This document shows, in pieces, positions 9,996 through 20,002 of a stretch of 64,000 nucleotides of DNA. The DNA lies in the IMG/VR virus record IMGVR_UViG_3300046462_000310, positions 5,737 through 69,736 of that record, one strand, 5' to 3'. Position numbers and translations under genes: made by a program. The notes beneath the pieces were generated by a model that worked only from the letters and a program-made list of their open reading frames with translations, ran no database searches and was not told the DNA's origin. This DNA is from a virus. The first letter of the stretch is position 1. Each line of letters starts with the position of its first letter.

Positions 9996-10582
9996 AGCCC
10001 AATCGCCTTGAGCGAAACAACGTGGTTATTCACGAGCCACGATAGCGCGGTAATCGCGCCGACCTGCTTACTCTCCGCCGTCGCGCTGTAATCCCCATCC
10101 CCGACAAATTTCCCCTTGTCGTAGAGATTCGAGAAGCTCCATAGATACGGAGAATTGATCGGGTGCTGCAGTTTCCTGTAGCCCCAGCCGTTGTAACCTT
10201 CGATCTTGAAACAGATCCCAGCGAGACTCCAATCGTGCCAGGTCGTGAAGTTGTCGTATTCCAGCGCGTCGATCGCGCTTACTACCCAGCTAAATGGCGG
10301 CTCGCCTTTCACTGGCCGGCCACGCGGCACGTTTACTGTCCGATGTGACAGCGGATCGCCATTGTGCAAATGCGTCTTGAAACTGAAGCTGCCCTCGAGG
10401 CCGTGCAGGAGTCCCACGACGAACCAAGGGACGCCGGTAATTCCTTCGACCTGCCGGTATTGATCGTAGCCTTCGCGCAGCTTGGAGCAGAAATGCTCGA
10501 CTTCCTCTTCCCATTCAGGCCCGATCTTGCACTCTTGGAATAGGCGCTCGTATTCGGCGCGGAGTTCGTCGGTTAGATTCAT
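9992..10582 (-). CDS. Endolysin, lysozyme-like (COG5526 type)
   Basis: VPWFVVGLLHGLE, HLHNGDPL, EGYNGWGY, SPYLWS, GKFVGDG. Confidence 0.85.
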   Translation of the reverse strand: MNLTDELRAEYERLFQECKIGPEWEEEVEHFCSKLREGYDQYRQVEGITGVPWFVVGLLHGLEGSFSFKTHLHNGDPLSHRTVNVPRGRPVKGEPPFSWVVSAIDALEYDNFTTWHDWSLAGICFKIEGYNGWGYRKLQHPINSPYLWSFSNLYDKGKFVGDGDYSATAESKQVGAITALSWLVNNHVVSLKAIGL

Positions 10583-10721
10583 GTGTGCCTCACTTCATCG
10601 TTCTCCGATGGGAAAGAAAAGGGTGCTTTCGGTGGCGGACTGATCACGTAGCAACACTCGCGCATGAATAGAGTGAGAGCGGTGACGGAGATCACGATCA
10701 ATGCGACTTGCGCGACTTCTT

Positions 10722-11036
10722 TCACGGCCCGCGCTCCGATGATTTCATGTCGATGAATTTCTCGACAATCTCATACGTTACCCGGTAGTGATCTCCCTCT
10801 GGATTAATGGCGGAATCGCCTGGGAACGTCTGCTTAAACTCGGTCTCCAACGCGCGATATTTGTCCAGCCAGTTTCGTGTCACTTGGCAGCCATCTTTGT
10901 CGCAATCGATAATTCCGGCGGTTTGTTCGTTGTTGTCGAAAGCGATAGCTGTTGCCACGACCGGCTTCGGCGCCACCGTCATTTGAGAGCAGCTAATTAC
11001 CGAAACTGCGACAACCAGTAGAAATTGGTATTTCAC
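10722..11036 (-). CDS. Lipoprotein, o-spanin candidate
   Basis: Signal peptide with lipobox VISC; lies in the lysis cassette. Confidence 0.55.
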   Translation of the reverse strand: MKYQFLLVVAVSVISCSQMTVAPKPVVATAIAFDNNEQTAGIIDCDKDGCQVTRNWLDKYRALETEFKQTFPGDSAINPEGDHYRVTYEIVEKFIDMKSSERGP

Positions 11037-11254
11037 GATCCAGCCAGTCTTAGTGCCCTGAGCGCGTCCGCGTGTTGCGCCGGCGTCGAGTTTGGATTTG
11101 CAGTGACCGCCTCCGCGTTACGGATGGCGTCTTTCGCCTGTTGCTTGGCGATGTCCAATTTGTTCTTAACCATCACTGGATTATTCCAGATTGCGCGTTC
11201 CTGGCGCCACGTAGCCAGAGCGGCCGAGATCACTGCTAAGATGGCCGTAATCAC
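11033..11254 (-). CDS. i-spanin candidate
   Basis: N-terminal TM segment plus short coiled coil. Confidence 0.5.
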   Translation of the reverse strand: MITAILAVISAALATWRQERAIWNNPVMVKNKLDIAKQQAKDAIRNAEAVTANPNSTPAQHADALRALRLAGS

Positions 11255-11406
11255 GGCGCAATGCTCTCTATTGTGGCGCGTATCTCGACAGGGCGAGAAT
11301 TAGCGTTGCGATTGGAATCAGGATGGGCAAGCGCGCGGGCCAGATCATGCTCGAAATGGCTAAGGCGCATACACAGATGGTTAGGAATGTTTGGACTGTC
11401 ATATTG

Positions 11407-11805
11407 TTAGAACCCCGCGTTAAGTAAACCCGTGGCCACCGCTCGAACGTAAGAAAGCGTGGTCCCGTTATTCGTTCCCCACTTCTGAATCGCAGAATTG
11501 ACAAAACTCACTCCCGCGGCGATCAGCGCGTCCGCCTCAACATTGCCAGTATGCGGAATCAATGCCACGAGCTGTGACGGATCCAGATTGCCAGCTTGCT
11601 GTAGATCGAGGGCAAACTTGTGAATCTGTATCAGAACGTTCTGGTCGGTGATACGAGTCTTGGAGATCGCGCCCAGCGCGGTCACGTCGGCCTGAACCTG
11701 GGCAGGAGCGCCGAGTGTTTTGATAAAAGATTGCGTATTCGCGCAACCAGCGAAAGAGGCTGCGATAGTGACTACAGCGAGGATTGATAATGTGAATCGT
11801 TTCAT
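11407..11805 (-). CDS. Lipoprotein
   Basis: MKRF...FAGC lipobox. Confidence 0.65.
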   Translation of the reverse strand: MKRFTLSILAVVTIAASFAGCANTQSFIKTLGAPAQVQADVTALGAISKTRITDQNVLIQIHKFALDLQQAGNLDPSQLVALIPHTGNVEADALIAAGVSFVNSAIQKWGTNNGTTLSYVRAVATGLLNAGF

Positions 11806-12059
11806 GGTTTTGGTGTGTCAGTTTGTTTTGGGTCAACTTTCAAGGCTACGTCAGTCACCGTTTTAGCGTTCTCTGTGATCCGTCGGGAGTGATCATCCAA
11901 CCGTTCCGAGTTGTCCGTAGCCGACTGCCGCAATGCCGCGATCTTTGGCATGATCGTAAGGATTGCGGCAATAGCAGCTCCGGCAACAACGGTAATGGTG
12001 GTCAACCACGCGAGCGCGGCAGCCTGGAACGCCTCCGGTGTAATGGCGAGCCTCATCAT
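11802..12059 (-). CDS. Holin-like membrane protein
   Basis: Long hydrophobic segment, dual Met start, first gene of the lysis cassette. Confidence 0.5.
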   Translation of the reverse strand: MMRLAITPEAFQAAALAWLTTITVVAGAAIAAILTIMPKIAALRQSATDNSERLDDHSRRITENAKTVTDVALKVDPKQTDTPKP

Positions 12060-12074
12060 TTCAATGAGAAACCC

Positions 12075-12422
12075 TTACTGCGACAGCGAAACGCTGTCAA
12101 CCTGCGATTCCTCGAATAACACTCTCGCGATGATGGCGTAAACAGCTAGGTCGTTCAGGCTGTCTATAACCCCTTCGTTTTCAAGTTTGCCGTTCTTAGT
12201 GAACGCTTGAAGACGCCGGAGTTTGTCCGTAGCGCGAACCATTGTCCCGACCCAATCAGTGATCCCCCATTCTTCCGAGGCCCGGACATTAGCGAACGGA
12301 TCCCCAACGCGGCCGTAATCCGCCTGTTTTTTATCGTGTAGTGCTCCAAGTTCGGAGAGAATGTCGTGGAATCTCTGGGATGACGGATGCCTGTTTAGTG
12401 TCGTGATGTCGCTTTGTATCAT
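12075..12422 (-). CDS. DUF1599 / nucleotide-modification-associated all-alpha protein (dNTP pyrophosphohydrolase-like)
   Basis: KKQADYG..DPFAN, DKLRRL, EGVIDSLNDLAVYAII. Confidence 0.7.
   Translation of the reverse strand: MIQSDITTLNRHPSSQRFHDILSELGALHDKKQADYGRVGDPFANVRASEEWGITDWVGTMVRATDKLRRLQAFTKNGKLENEGVIDSLNDLAVYAIIARVLFEESQVDSVSLSQ
12082..12100 (-). promoter_or_regulatory. Dyad operator/promoter for the lysis cassette
   Basis: GACAGCG-AAA-CGCTGTC; minus strand TTGACA-17-TAAGGGT, ATG 11 nt later. Confidence 0.75.
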
Positions 12423-12640
12423 TGTATTGTGAACCAGTTGAATAATCTGCGGAGTAAAAAGGACCGTATGAGAGAGATCAGGGTAAACCAGCCGACCATC
12501 TGAAGGTTGACCGAGAGCGACGGGTGCATCCCGTACCACGGCAAAATGATCTCCTGAGAAATTAACGCCACCAACGCGCCGGCAAGGATATTCGTCAGCG
12601 CCTCGACCAGACTCGCCCGTTTTGATTGTCCTGCTCTCAT
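12419..12640 (-). CDS. Small two-TM phage membrane protein
   Basis: QSKRASLVEALTN...SLIRSFLLRRLFN pattern common in phages. Confidence 0.6.
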   Translation of the reverse strand: MRAGQSKRASLVEALTNILAGALVALISQEIILPWYGMHPSLSVNLQMVGWFTLISLIRSFLLRRLFNWFTIQ

Positions 12641-12924
12641 TTCTTAAACTTCACAATCTTCGGAACCACCAGTAACCCCTGAATAATCGCCTGCTCCGCC
12701 TCATCGATCGCTTCCTCTTCCAGATCGTAAAAACAGGCATGCAAAATTTCGTGGACAATGCACTCAATCTTGTTATCCGCCGACGGACGTATCCAGATCG
12801 TCTTTGTCTGGTATTCGCACAGCGCCCGGCAATCGTTCTTCGGCGGGCGCGCGATCACAATGCGCCAATTCTCGCCGCGGATCTTTAGACGACGGCATGG
12901 GGGTTTATTGGTAGGCCTTGCCAT
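12637..12924 (-). CDS. Small zincin-like (HExxH) protein; start approximate
   Basis: IVHEILHA...EEEA. Confidence 0.55.
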   Translation of the reverse strand: MARPTNKPPCRRLKIRGENWRIVIARPPKNDCRALCEYQTKTIWIRPSADNKIECIVHEILHACFYDLEEEAIDEAEQAIIQGLLVVPKIVKFKK

Positions 12925-13948
12925 GCACAATCCGCATGTTGCTGACTTCAAACGCGCCGTCTTTATCGACGTGCACCATCTGGAAGCCGTGGTTCCAACT
13001 ATTGATCGGGTTATAGCGCGGGTGAAGATCACACAGGGCACCGGCGCTCCATGTGCTGATTACGTCCTGCTCGAGCGTCGCGTCCGAGAACTGGCTAGTG
13101 CGATGGAAATGCCCGCAGGTCGCGTGCACTTTGGCTCTCAGGAAGAGTCCTCGGGCCGCGCTAACAGGGTTAGAAATCGCGAAAGTGTATTCATGCCCGT
13201 GAATCACATTCAGCTTTCCGAGTTGAATCGGCCGGCGTTCGCTCACGAGCTGAATGTCGTAGTCAGCTAATCCAAAGATGCTGCTAAACTCAAAGTCGGG
13301 TATCCCTAGAAGCTCCGGCGCCTTCAGGAACATATACCGCTCGAAACGCTCTTCGTGGTTTCCCAGCTTGTAAACGATGCGAGCACGAGGGAACATCTCG
13401 CGCAATGCAATCAGGAAATCTTTTACGGCCCGAATCTCGGCAGGGAAATTCTTCATCCGGGGATCCTTCACGAAATCGGAAATGGAGTGAGCGTCGCAAA
13501 TATCTCCGTTGAGCAATATAAAATTAGCCTTCTGTGCTTGCCCGTGTCTCAGTGCGCAAACTAGCGCCGGCTTGTCGTAAAATGGAATATGCGGATCTGA
13601 TATAACGAGTGCCCGTATCGGACCCTCGAACCGGATAGCCAGCCACTCCTCAAATTCGCGCTTAGGCTCCGGCAGCTTCTTAAATGGATCGCCCGGTTGT
13701 ACCGGATCGCGGTAGTGCGACTGATCAGTAGTTGCGCGGCGATGATAGGTCCCTTTCGCCCCCCGGAGCGTTCGGAAATATGACCTACAGGCATCAAGGC
13801 TGGTCCAAAGGCTGCCGTGATCTCGGTAAGCCATCCGCGCCAGGGTTTTTGTCGCTGCGTCTGGGAATTGCGAGAGCAGATCGTTCGCCACTTCGCGTTG
13901 ATGCTGGTTTATTGGACCGCCCCGCGCTGGTTTTGTCATTACGGCCAA
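12905..13948 (-). CDS. Calcineurin-like metallophosphoesterase
   Basis: SDPH, NGDICD, GNHE, HGH and GHFH motifs. Confidence 0.85.
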   Translation of the reverse strand: MAVMTKPARGGPINQHQREVANDLLSQFPDAATKTLARMAYRDHGSLWTSLDACRSYFRTLRGAKGTYHRRATTDQSHYRDPVQPGDPFKKLPEPKREFEEWLAIRFEGPIRALVISDPHIPFYDKPALVCALRHGQAQKANFILLNGDICDAHSISDFVKDPRMKNFPAEIRAVKDFLIALREMFPRARIVYKLGNHEERFERYMFLKAPELLGIPDFEFSSIFGLADYDIQLVSERRPIQLGKLNVIHGHEYTFAISNPVSAARGLFLRAKVHATCGHFHRTSQFSDATLEQDVISTWSAGALCDLHPRYNPINSWNHGFQMVHVDKDGAFEVSNMRIVHGKAYQ

Positions 13949-13960
13949 AACCGTTAAGGC

Positions 13961-13979
13961 GACAGCGTTCCGCTGTCAA
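13961..13979 (-). promoter_or_regulatory. Dyad operator/promoter
   Basis: GACAGCG-TTC-CGCTGTC; TTGACA-17-TAACGGT on the minus strand. Confidence 0.75.
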
Positions 13980-13997
13980 TCCTTTTCGTTAGGCGCA

Positions 13998-15545
13998 TCA
14001 CTGCGCGTGGTTATACGAAACCTCGCCCCCGGCGCACGCTGTAGCGGTTGGTGTAGCGGTGGCGGTGGGAGTTGGCGTAGATGTCGGAGTGGCAGTCGGC
14101 GTAGGGGCCTGAGCCGCCCCGAGATCAGGATAGCCGGTTGTCCCGGTATTCGTTCCATCCGTCTCGGTAAACACGCCGCGACCTTGCGCGGCTAGTGTCA
14201 TTGTGAAGTTGCCTGTCGTTGGAGCGACGTAGGGTGTCGTGTCGGTAGCGTAAGTGATGGCTGTATTTGTGCCGGTTGCATCATCCAGGATCAGATTTCC
14301 GGTCGTGTGATAATTACCACTCGAATTAGCTTGCGTTCCGGAACCATATCCGTTGTTGAACATCGTTCCATATAGACGTGTAAACGACGCGCCGCCGTTG
14401 ATAGCATAGGCCCCGTTCTTGATGAAATTGTTGTTCTCGATGTAGAGGCAATAGCTTCCCGCGATAGCTTCCACTAAAATCGCAGACCCCGTGTTGTTGT
14501 AAAAGTCGTTCTGCGAGATAAATCCGACAATCTCGGATGAGGAACTACTGCTGGCGACCGACACGCCGTTTCCACCCAATGTGTCAAAAATGTTATTCGC
14601 GACAGACCAAGTTCCCGATCCCGCTGTCGTCCTCGCTCCGTTGACGTTACTGCCAGTGCAATCGTGGACGTAATTTCTATATAAAAATCCACCACTAGAG
14701 GCGTCGATGATGCCGAGACCCGAAGTGTTGCTTTTGTTGCAAGCATAAAACTCGCTTTCAATAACAGTAGCGCCTCCCAAATTAACCCCGGACCCTCGCA
14801 CGTCGTGGACGACGCACCTGAGCATGAGACTTGATGCACCGAAGCTGACACCTCCGTTGGTTCCGGTTGTCCCGTTGTTTGAGAAAATAAGATCAATATA
14901 TTTTCCGCCATTACTGGAGGATACTAACACGATTGCGCTCGTGCCGCCGTCAATCGTCGCCCTTCCGAGGTCTCCCGTCGTTGTTGTGTAACCCTGAAAT
15001 ACGACATCGGTCGATGAAACAGTAATGCCCGTCGTGATCGAATAAGTTTGATTATTCTTCAGATTTATCCGCGTAACGTCACCGCTCGTGTCTCGTAAGT
15101 TTTGCAGATTCGACAGGTTCATGGGAAATCCGACTCCCGCGTTCGGGCCTTTCCACGCGCCGCCCACGACGATAGTCATTGTTCCTGTGCCGTTGGACGG
15201 ATTAGTGCCCGCGAAAGTTGCGGCGAATACTAGCGTCCCGTTTGTGGAATTTGTAACGGTTGTGAGTCGCCCGACAAAAGTGGCTACCGTTGCACCCGAT
15301 GTGACATAAACACTGGCAAACATTCCAACAGCAGCGCCGCCGCTAACAGGGTTACTGCCATCGGTCGGAGTGAATGTGGCGGTTGCGTTAGCCCAACTTC
15401 CTGTAGCTGTGTAAACAGGGGTGTTGTTGGTGGTCGATCCAGCGTTGAGATTGCTGCCGCCGCTTTGACAATAAAATTCAGTGTAAGCGGCTTGGGCGGA
15501 AACCGCCCACAGGACCGTGACCACAGTGAGAAGAAAACGTTTCAT
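13998..15545 (-). CDS. Tail spike/fibre-like beta-helix protein with signal peptide and Pro/Thr-rich tail
   Basis: MKRFLL...SAQA signal, G/N/T-rich beta-helix repeats, APTPTATPTSTPTPTATATPT. Confidence 0.65.
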   Translation of the reverse strand: MKRFLLTVVTVLWAVSAQAAYTEFYCQSGGSNLNAGSTTNNTPVYTATGSWANATATFTPTDGSNPVSGGAAVGMFASVYVTSGATVATFVGRLTTVTNSTNGTLVFAATFAGTNPSNGTGTMTIVVGGAWKGPNAGVGFPMNLSNLQNLRDTSGDVTRINLKNNQTYSITTGITVSSTDVVFQGYTTTTGDLGRATIDGGTSAIVLVSSSNGGKYIDLIFSNNGTTGTNGGVSFGASSLMLRCVVHDVRGSGVNLGGATVIESEFYACNKSNTSGLGIIDASSGGFLYRNYVHDCTGSNVNGARTTAGSGTWSVANNIFDTLGGNGVSVASSSSSSEIVGFISQNDFYNNTGSAILVEAIAGSYCLYIENNNFIKNGAYAINGGASFTRLYGTMFNNGYGSGTQANSSGNYHTTGNLILDDATGTNTAITYATDTTPYVAPTTGNFTMTLAAQGRGVFTETDGTNTGTTGYPDLGAAQAPTPTATPTSTPTPTATATPTATACAGGEVSYNHAQ

Positions 15546-17077
15546 CTGTAATACAATGTCAACTGCACATAGGTCGCAGTACTAACACCCGAAAGACTGA
15601 TCGCCAGGTTGTCTTTTGCCGTGAGCGTTACGGAAGTCCAACTGGTGAAACTGGTCGATGAGTTTTCAACCGCGGACGAGATCGCCGGTTTCGTTCCACT
15701 ACCGCCAACGATACTCGTAGATGGTAATCCGGCACCGTCGGCCGCCCGTAAAATGTCGGCCGTGACTGAACCGCTGGGCTTACACATCATCACCCAACCC
15801 TGCAACGTGCCCCCGAATGGGATCTTGATTGGATTCTTGGTGCCAGTCGTAAGCACTGTTCCGGCACCATCCACGGCAAGCGTGACACTGTGCTCCATCG
15901 TCGTAGTGATCGACGTAGCTCCACTGCCCGATACGTCACCGCTTAACGTGATGGTTTGGTTCCCCGTTAAATACGTGCTGTTGTCATTCGTCAGCGTGTT
16001 TGCACCGGTGCGTTTGATGAAACCGTTGGATGAAACTCCAGTGATGGTATCTAGCGTGATCGATCCTCCCAGAGCGGTGGACGTTCCCGCAATAGTGATT
16101 GCCGAATTACTTAGCGTTGCATTTGCAATCGCGCTCAGTGTGAGAACACCAGCACTCGAAAGTGTCGCCGTAGCTCCTGAACCGCTAAGCGTAACGGGAG
16201 CGTAAGCAGTGCCTCCCGCGTTCCCAGCTAAAAGCTGCCCCGCGGATGGGGCGGTATTTGGGACGATTGCGGCCTTGGTTTGCGCGTCATTTGTGACGCT
16301 TCCGAGTCCAACATCAGAAGCGGTAACTGTAACATTACTCGAAAGCGCGTGGCTATTAACGGTAGTGGTCTTAGTAACCAGCCCACTCAGATCCTGATCT
16401 CCGGTATTCGTTCCGCTCGTGTTCCCGAGCACTGTCCGCTGTGCGTCAGTGACATACCTCTTGTCTGTCGAATCGGATACGTCCGCCGTGGTAAGCGTGA
16501 CGTTGGAAGAAAGCGCATGGCTATTGACCGTGCGCGTACTGGGAACCGCATCAGTGATGCCGTAGCCAGAGAGCGTAGTTGGCGTACTGGTGATCTTTGA
16601 CCATATGAGAGACGTTATCCAGGAAGGATTTGCGTAAGATCCCGTCGTGTCCGCCGCGTTCGTCACTTGCGCCGCGGTGTAATCGCCCGAGACCGCAACC
16701 ACTACACCCGTGCGTCCAAATACCGAATCGACTGCGCCTCCAGATGGAAGATCGAAGTATCCCAGCGTCCCGCTTCCGTTACTTCCGTAGTATTTAGAGT
16801 TCCCGGGAGAAGCTGTGTCTCCAACTAGCGTTATGGTCCCTCCGGTGTTTACCAGCGAATCCGTGAAGGTAAACCCACCGATGGGCAGGTTTGTTAGAAG
16901 CGATCCGTCAAGCGCCGGAAGTTTCCCGTCAGATCGAGTCACCACGACTTGAAGCGCCCCGTTGAAATTCTCGAAAGGATTAACGATCTTATGTGTCTTT
17001 GTGTCGATCATCACCGCCTCTGGTGCGCCAAATGCCACCGACGATAGAAGGCACAAAAACGCCAGAATCCTCGTCAT
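15542..17077 (-). CDS. Tail fibre-like protein with signal peptide
   Basis: VDSVFGRTGVV, PTTLSGYGITDA and repeated VNSHALSSNVT fibre motifs; MTRILAFLCLLSSVAFG N-terminus. Confidence 0.7.
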   Translation of the reverse strand: MTRILAFLCLLSSVAFGAPEAVMIDTKTHKIVNPFENFNGALQVVVTRSDGKLPALDGSLLTNLPIGGFTFTDSLVNTGGTITLVGDTASPGNSKYYGSNGSGTLGYFDLPSGGAVDSVFGRTGVVVAVSGDYTAAQVTNAADTTGSYANPSWITSLIWSKITSTPTTLSGYGITDAVPSTRTVNSHALSSNVTLTTADVSDSTDKRYVTDAQRTVLGNTSGTNTGDQDLSGLVTKTTTVNSHALSSNVTVTASDVGLGSVTNDAQTKAAIVPNTAPSAGQLLAGNAGGTAYAPVTLSGSGATATLSSAGVLTLSAIANATLSNSAITIAGTSTALGGSITLDTITGVSSNGFIKRTGANTLTNDNSTYLTGNQTITLSGDVSGSGATSITTTMEHSVTLAVDGAGTVLTTGTKNPIKIPFGGTLQGWVMMCKPSGSVTADILRAADGAGLPSTSIVGGSGTKPAISSAVENSSTSFTSWTSVTLTAKDNLAISLSGVSTATYVQLTLYYR

Positions 17078-17397
17078 AACCCGCCCACCTTCTGCCAGTG
17101 CACATTGTTCCGGCTCAAATTGTAATCCAATGGAGCCACCTGCCCCTCTGTGTCGCCAGTGTCAGCCGGGCCCGATACGAGCTGCCATTCCGATAAAGCC
17201 GAGCTCACATCGAGCACGATTAAGATCAGCGTTAAGCTCACGAGATTGAGCGTGGGGAACGCTTCGAGAGACGTTGCCTCTCCACGCAGCGTGGTAATAG
17301 TGGGCTGATAAGTCGCCCCCGAACCCGACAGTGCAGCCGGCGAAAATGAATCCGTTTCGTTCAACTGCGGTTCCGCGTTAATCACTAATGCTCTCAT
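17074..17397 (-). CDS. Hypothetical structural protein
   Basis: Coupled ORF within the structural operon. Confidence 0.55.
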   Translation of the reverse strand: MRALVINAEPQLNETDSFSPAALSGSGATYQPTITTLRGEATSLEAFPTLNLVSLTLILIVLDVSSALSEWQLVSGPADTGDTEGQVAPLDYNLSRNNVHWQKVGGL

Positions 17398-17398
17398 A

Positions 17399-18334
17399 TC
17401 AATATCCCCACGGCCTACCCACCCCGTTGCTCGTCGGTGCCACGTCCGTTGGTATCTTTGGCATCTTATTCGCCAACACGTTCTGCGCCCGTGTGACGAC
17501 AGCAGTTTGCTGTCGCGCGTCCCGCCAAAACTTACTCGTAACTAATTCGGCCTCGCATAATGGCACCAGAATATCCTCAATGTAGGCGTCAGCCACGTAA
17601 ATCGCCCTGGCCGTCTTCAGGTCGGCAAACACGATCCGTTCCGTGGAAAGCTCCGCTTCCATGCGCACCGTGTAATCCGTGTCCGGCATCGGCGCCACTC
17701 GCAACAGAAATTCAGGCTCACCCCCCTGGCTAGAACCAACCGGATCTAGGTAATAGTAGCGCGGCCGCCCGATCTCGGAGAGATACGCAGCGTCAAAGGG
17801 ATACACGATCTCATCAGGAGCCAGAGAAGGCATCCAGCGCCGCGCCCTGCCGCCACGTAGCCGTTCATCCCGAATCAAGGGCGTAGGCTCTGACTTGGTG
17901 GCGCTATAAAGCCGCACCGCGCCGATCACGCGCTCTATTACGTCCTGCAGCGGAACAACGTCGCTGTAAATCGTCGCGTCGGTCGAAAGTGCGTCCATCA
18001 GGTAATCGTCCAGCACGGCGTTCGACGCGGTAACGATGCTATCCGCCGCGCCATTGTTAAACCTGATCGTGCACCCCATGTCCCGCGTTTCAAAACTGTC
18101 GTCAGCCACCCGGTTCGAGTATTTCGCGTTGAACACCACCGAGAGCGTTCGAGGCGATCGCAACGTGCAGGAAAGGGTTGTCCTCTTGTAGATCCCCGGC
18201 ATCTCTCGGTAAAACGTGCCAATGCCGGCGTTCATCGCTGCCAGCACGTCCAACGCCGCTTGATCTTCCAAGTTGAATACATCTTCCACCGCCAGGTTTC
18301 TGGCCAGCCGTTGCGCTAATTGAATTGAGTTCAT
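17399..18334 (-). CDS. Head-tail adaptor-like protein
   Basis: GRPRYY...LRVAPMPDTDYTV adaptor pattern; position downstream of the capsid gene. Confidence 0.55.
   Translation of the reverse strand: MNSIQLAQRLARNLAVEDVFNLEDQAALDVLAAMNAGIGTFYREMPGIYKRTTLSCTLRSPRTLSVVFNAKYSNRVADDSFETRDMGCTIRFNNGAADSIVTASNAVLDDYLMDALSTDATIYSDVVPLQDVIERVIGAVRLYSATKSEPTPLIRDERLRGGRARRWMPSLAPDEIVYPFDAAYLSEIGRPRYYYLDPVGSSQGGEPEFLLRVAPMPDTDYTVRMEAELSTERIVFADLKTARAIYVADAYIEDILVPLCEAELVTSKFWRDARQQTAVVTRAQNVLANKMPKIPTDVAPTSNGVGRPWGY
17498..17514. promoter_or_regulatory. Dyad variant with compensatory changes
   Basis: GACAGCA-GTT-TGCTGTC inside a CDS. Confidence 0.45.
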
Positions 18335-19101
18335 ATACCCGGATCCGGCTGTTGTTGCTGTGGCGGCCTAGTCTGTCGCAACTCGAGCGCGTCAGCCCGC
18401 GAATCACCCGGCTTTGGCCGGCGAGGATCCGAGCGCCCTAGAAGTTGCAAGGCGCGCAGGTAATCGTCATCAATCTGCGTTTTCTTGCTATTGTCGAAAA
18501 AGAGAGAACTGCCAGTGGCGTTCCAGCGCGCGATCGGCAAAAAGATCGATTCCACGTATTTCTGCGGGACTGCCAATAAGGCTGTGCCAGCCGCTAAATC
18601 CTGAGCCGTGAAAAGACTAGGCTCGCGGATCACGTTAAGAACCAACCGTGCCGTGCCGGCGTTAATGGAATCCGGCGCCGGCCGCAGATGAAGCTGTACC
18701 GTCACGCTATCTGCGTTCCCGGACGTATCCTTGAGCGATTCGATGAAATAATGCGTAGGCGTGCCATTACTCACCGTGCCGCTCAAAGCGTCCTGAAAAA
18801 CCTGCCCGAAAGTCGATAACCCGCCGCGCGACGTGATCTCAGTTAGGAACGTGCCATCCGCGCGTTTCACTGGTTTTAACACCGTCTGAATGTCCTTATC
18901 CAGAACGTAGGCCGATTGGCCCTCAACGAGAGTCATTAACTCTTCCTCGCGACCATAGAAATCTTCGCCCGCGTCCTGTAAGGCTTGAATGGTCGCATTG
19001 ATGTCCGACAGTATTCGGGCCTTGGCGATGTCCGGCGACGTTAAGTACGTCGTCTGTAAGAACACCTGTGCGAGCTGGTCTGCTACTGCTCCTATTAGCA
19101 C
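18331..19101 (-). CDS. Head-tail adaptor-like protein
   Basis: LVEGQSAYVL...GTPTHY...LHLRPAPD pattern. Confidence 0.6.
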   Translation of the reverse strand: MLIGAVADQLAQVFLQTTYLTSPDIAKARILSDINATIQALQDAGEDFYGREEELMTLVEGQSAYVLDKDIQTVLKPVKRADGTFLTEITSRGGLSTFGQVFQDALSGTVSNGTPTHYFIESLKDTSGNADSVTVQLHLRPAPDSINAGTARLVLNVIREPSLFTAQDLAAGTALLAVPQKYVESIFLPIARWNATGSSLFFDNSKKTQIDDDYLRALQLLGRSDPRRPKPGDSRADALELRQTRPPQQQQPDPGI

Positions 19102-19436
19102 GGAACCTCCTCATGTGTGGCTCCGACGCCGGCAGCCACCGGTTGACCGATCACTTGCAGTTTTCGCGGACGCACTTGCATTGACATCGGTTCCGACGAT
19201 GACTCCGCAATCACTTCCCCTTTCTCGACCTGAATAATTTCGATGGTCAGAAACGGATCCCCGAAATTGAGCACCGCCTTCATTGCGGCATTAGTCTGCT
19301 CGGCCAGTTCTTCCATGTTAGAGGCGACTAACCCCCTCCATGTGTGCCGTTCGTATTCCGGCAAGAACGTAAACTCACCCACCCTCGTAGGTGCATAGAT
19401 GCTTTGTTTTCCGAGTGCTACTGCGTATTTATCCAT
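19095..19436 (-). CDS. Hypothetical protein
   Basis: ORF within the structural operon. Confidence 0.5.
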   Translation of the reverse strand: MDKYAVALGKQSIYAPTRVGEFTFLPEYERHTWRGLVASNMEELAEQTNAAMKAVLNFGDPFLTIEIIQVEKGEVIAESSSEPMSMQVRPRKLQVIGQPVAAGVGATHEEVPC

Positions 19437-19439
19437 ATT

Positions 19440-19943
19440 TTATTTCAGTTGCATGCCGCGCTGATTAATTTCTTTCATCTCTACAAGCACGGATTTTAAC
19501 GATTCTGAGATCGTTGCGAAAATCGCAGCGTCGCTTTCGCTATGATCTTTGAGTGATTGCCCTAGGGCGCGCATCCATTCCTTCTGATCAGTCAATAGTG
19601 CCGTGAGTGCTCCTAGGTCGGGCCTCGACTCCAATTCCTTGATTCTTAGCTCAGCTACCTGGTGACTGTCGCGCTCGTCGTGGAGTTTAGTCCGGTAATC
19701 GTCGCGCTCCCTTTCCAGTGCCTCGATTTGCCGGTCAAGCGTTCTGGCCAGATTCCCGCTGGCTGCGGCCTGCATGCCAAGCACCTTGCGATTGACGATC
19801 CAAAACAGAATTGACGCCACCAACATGCCCGAAAGAACCCATATCCCGCGGATGTTCAGGAACTCGTTGGTGTCAAATCCCAGCAACGTGGTAGTAGCGG
19901 TAGCCATTCCGCCGAACACCTTGAAAATATCCAAGCCAGTCAT
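19440..19943 (-). CDS. Membrane protein with coiled coil (holin-like)
   Basis: TM segment IWVLSGMLVASILFWIV followed by heptad repeats. Confidence 0.55.
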   Translation of the reverse strand: MTGLDIFKVFGGMATATTTLLGFDTNEFLNIRGIWVLSGMLVASILFWIVNRKVLGMQAAASGNLARTLDRQIEALERERDDYRTKLHDERDSHQVAELRIKELESRPDLGALTALLTDQKEWMRALGQSLKDHSESDAAIFATISESLKSVLVEMKEINQRGMQLK

Positions 19944-19964
19944 CCTTTTGTTAAGCCTCCATGA

Positions 19965-19988
19965 CTGCCCCCAATTTCTCGGGGGCAG
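19965..19988 (-). terminator. Stem-loop after the capsid gene (attenuator or mRNA stabiliser)
   Basis: CTGCCCCC-N8-GGGGGCAG; no U tract on the minus strand. Confidence 0.45.
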
Positions 19989-20002
19989 GTTGAAGGTTTT
20001 AC

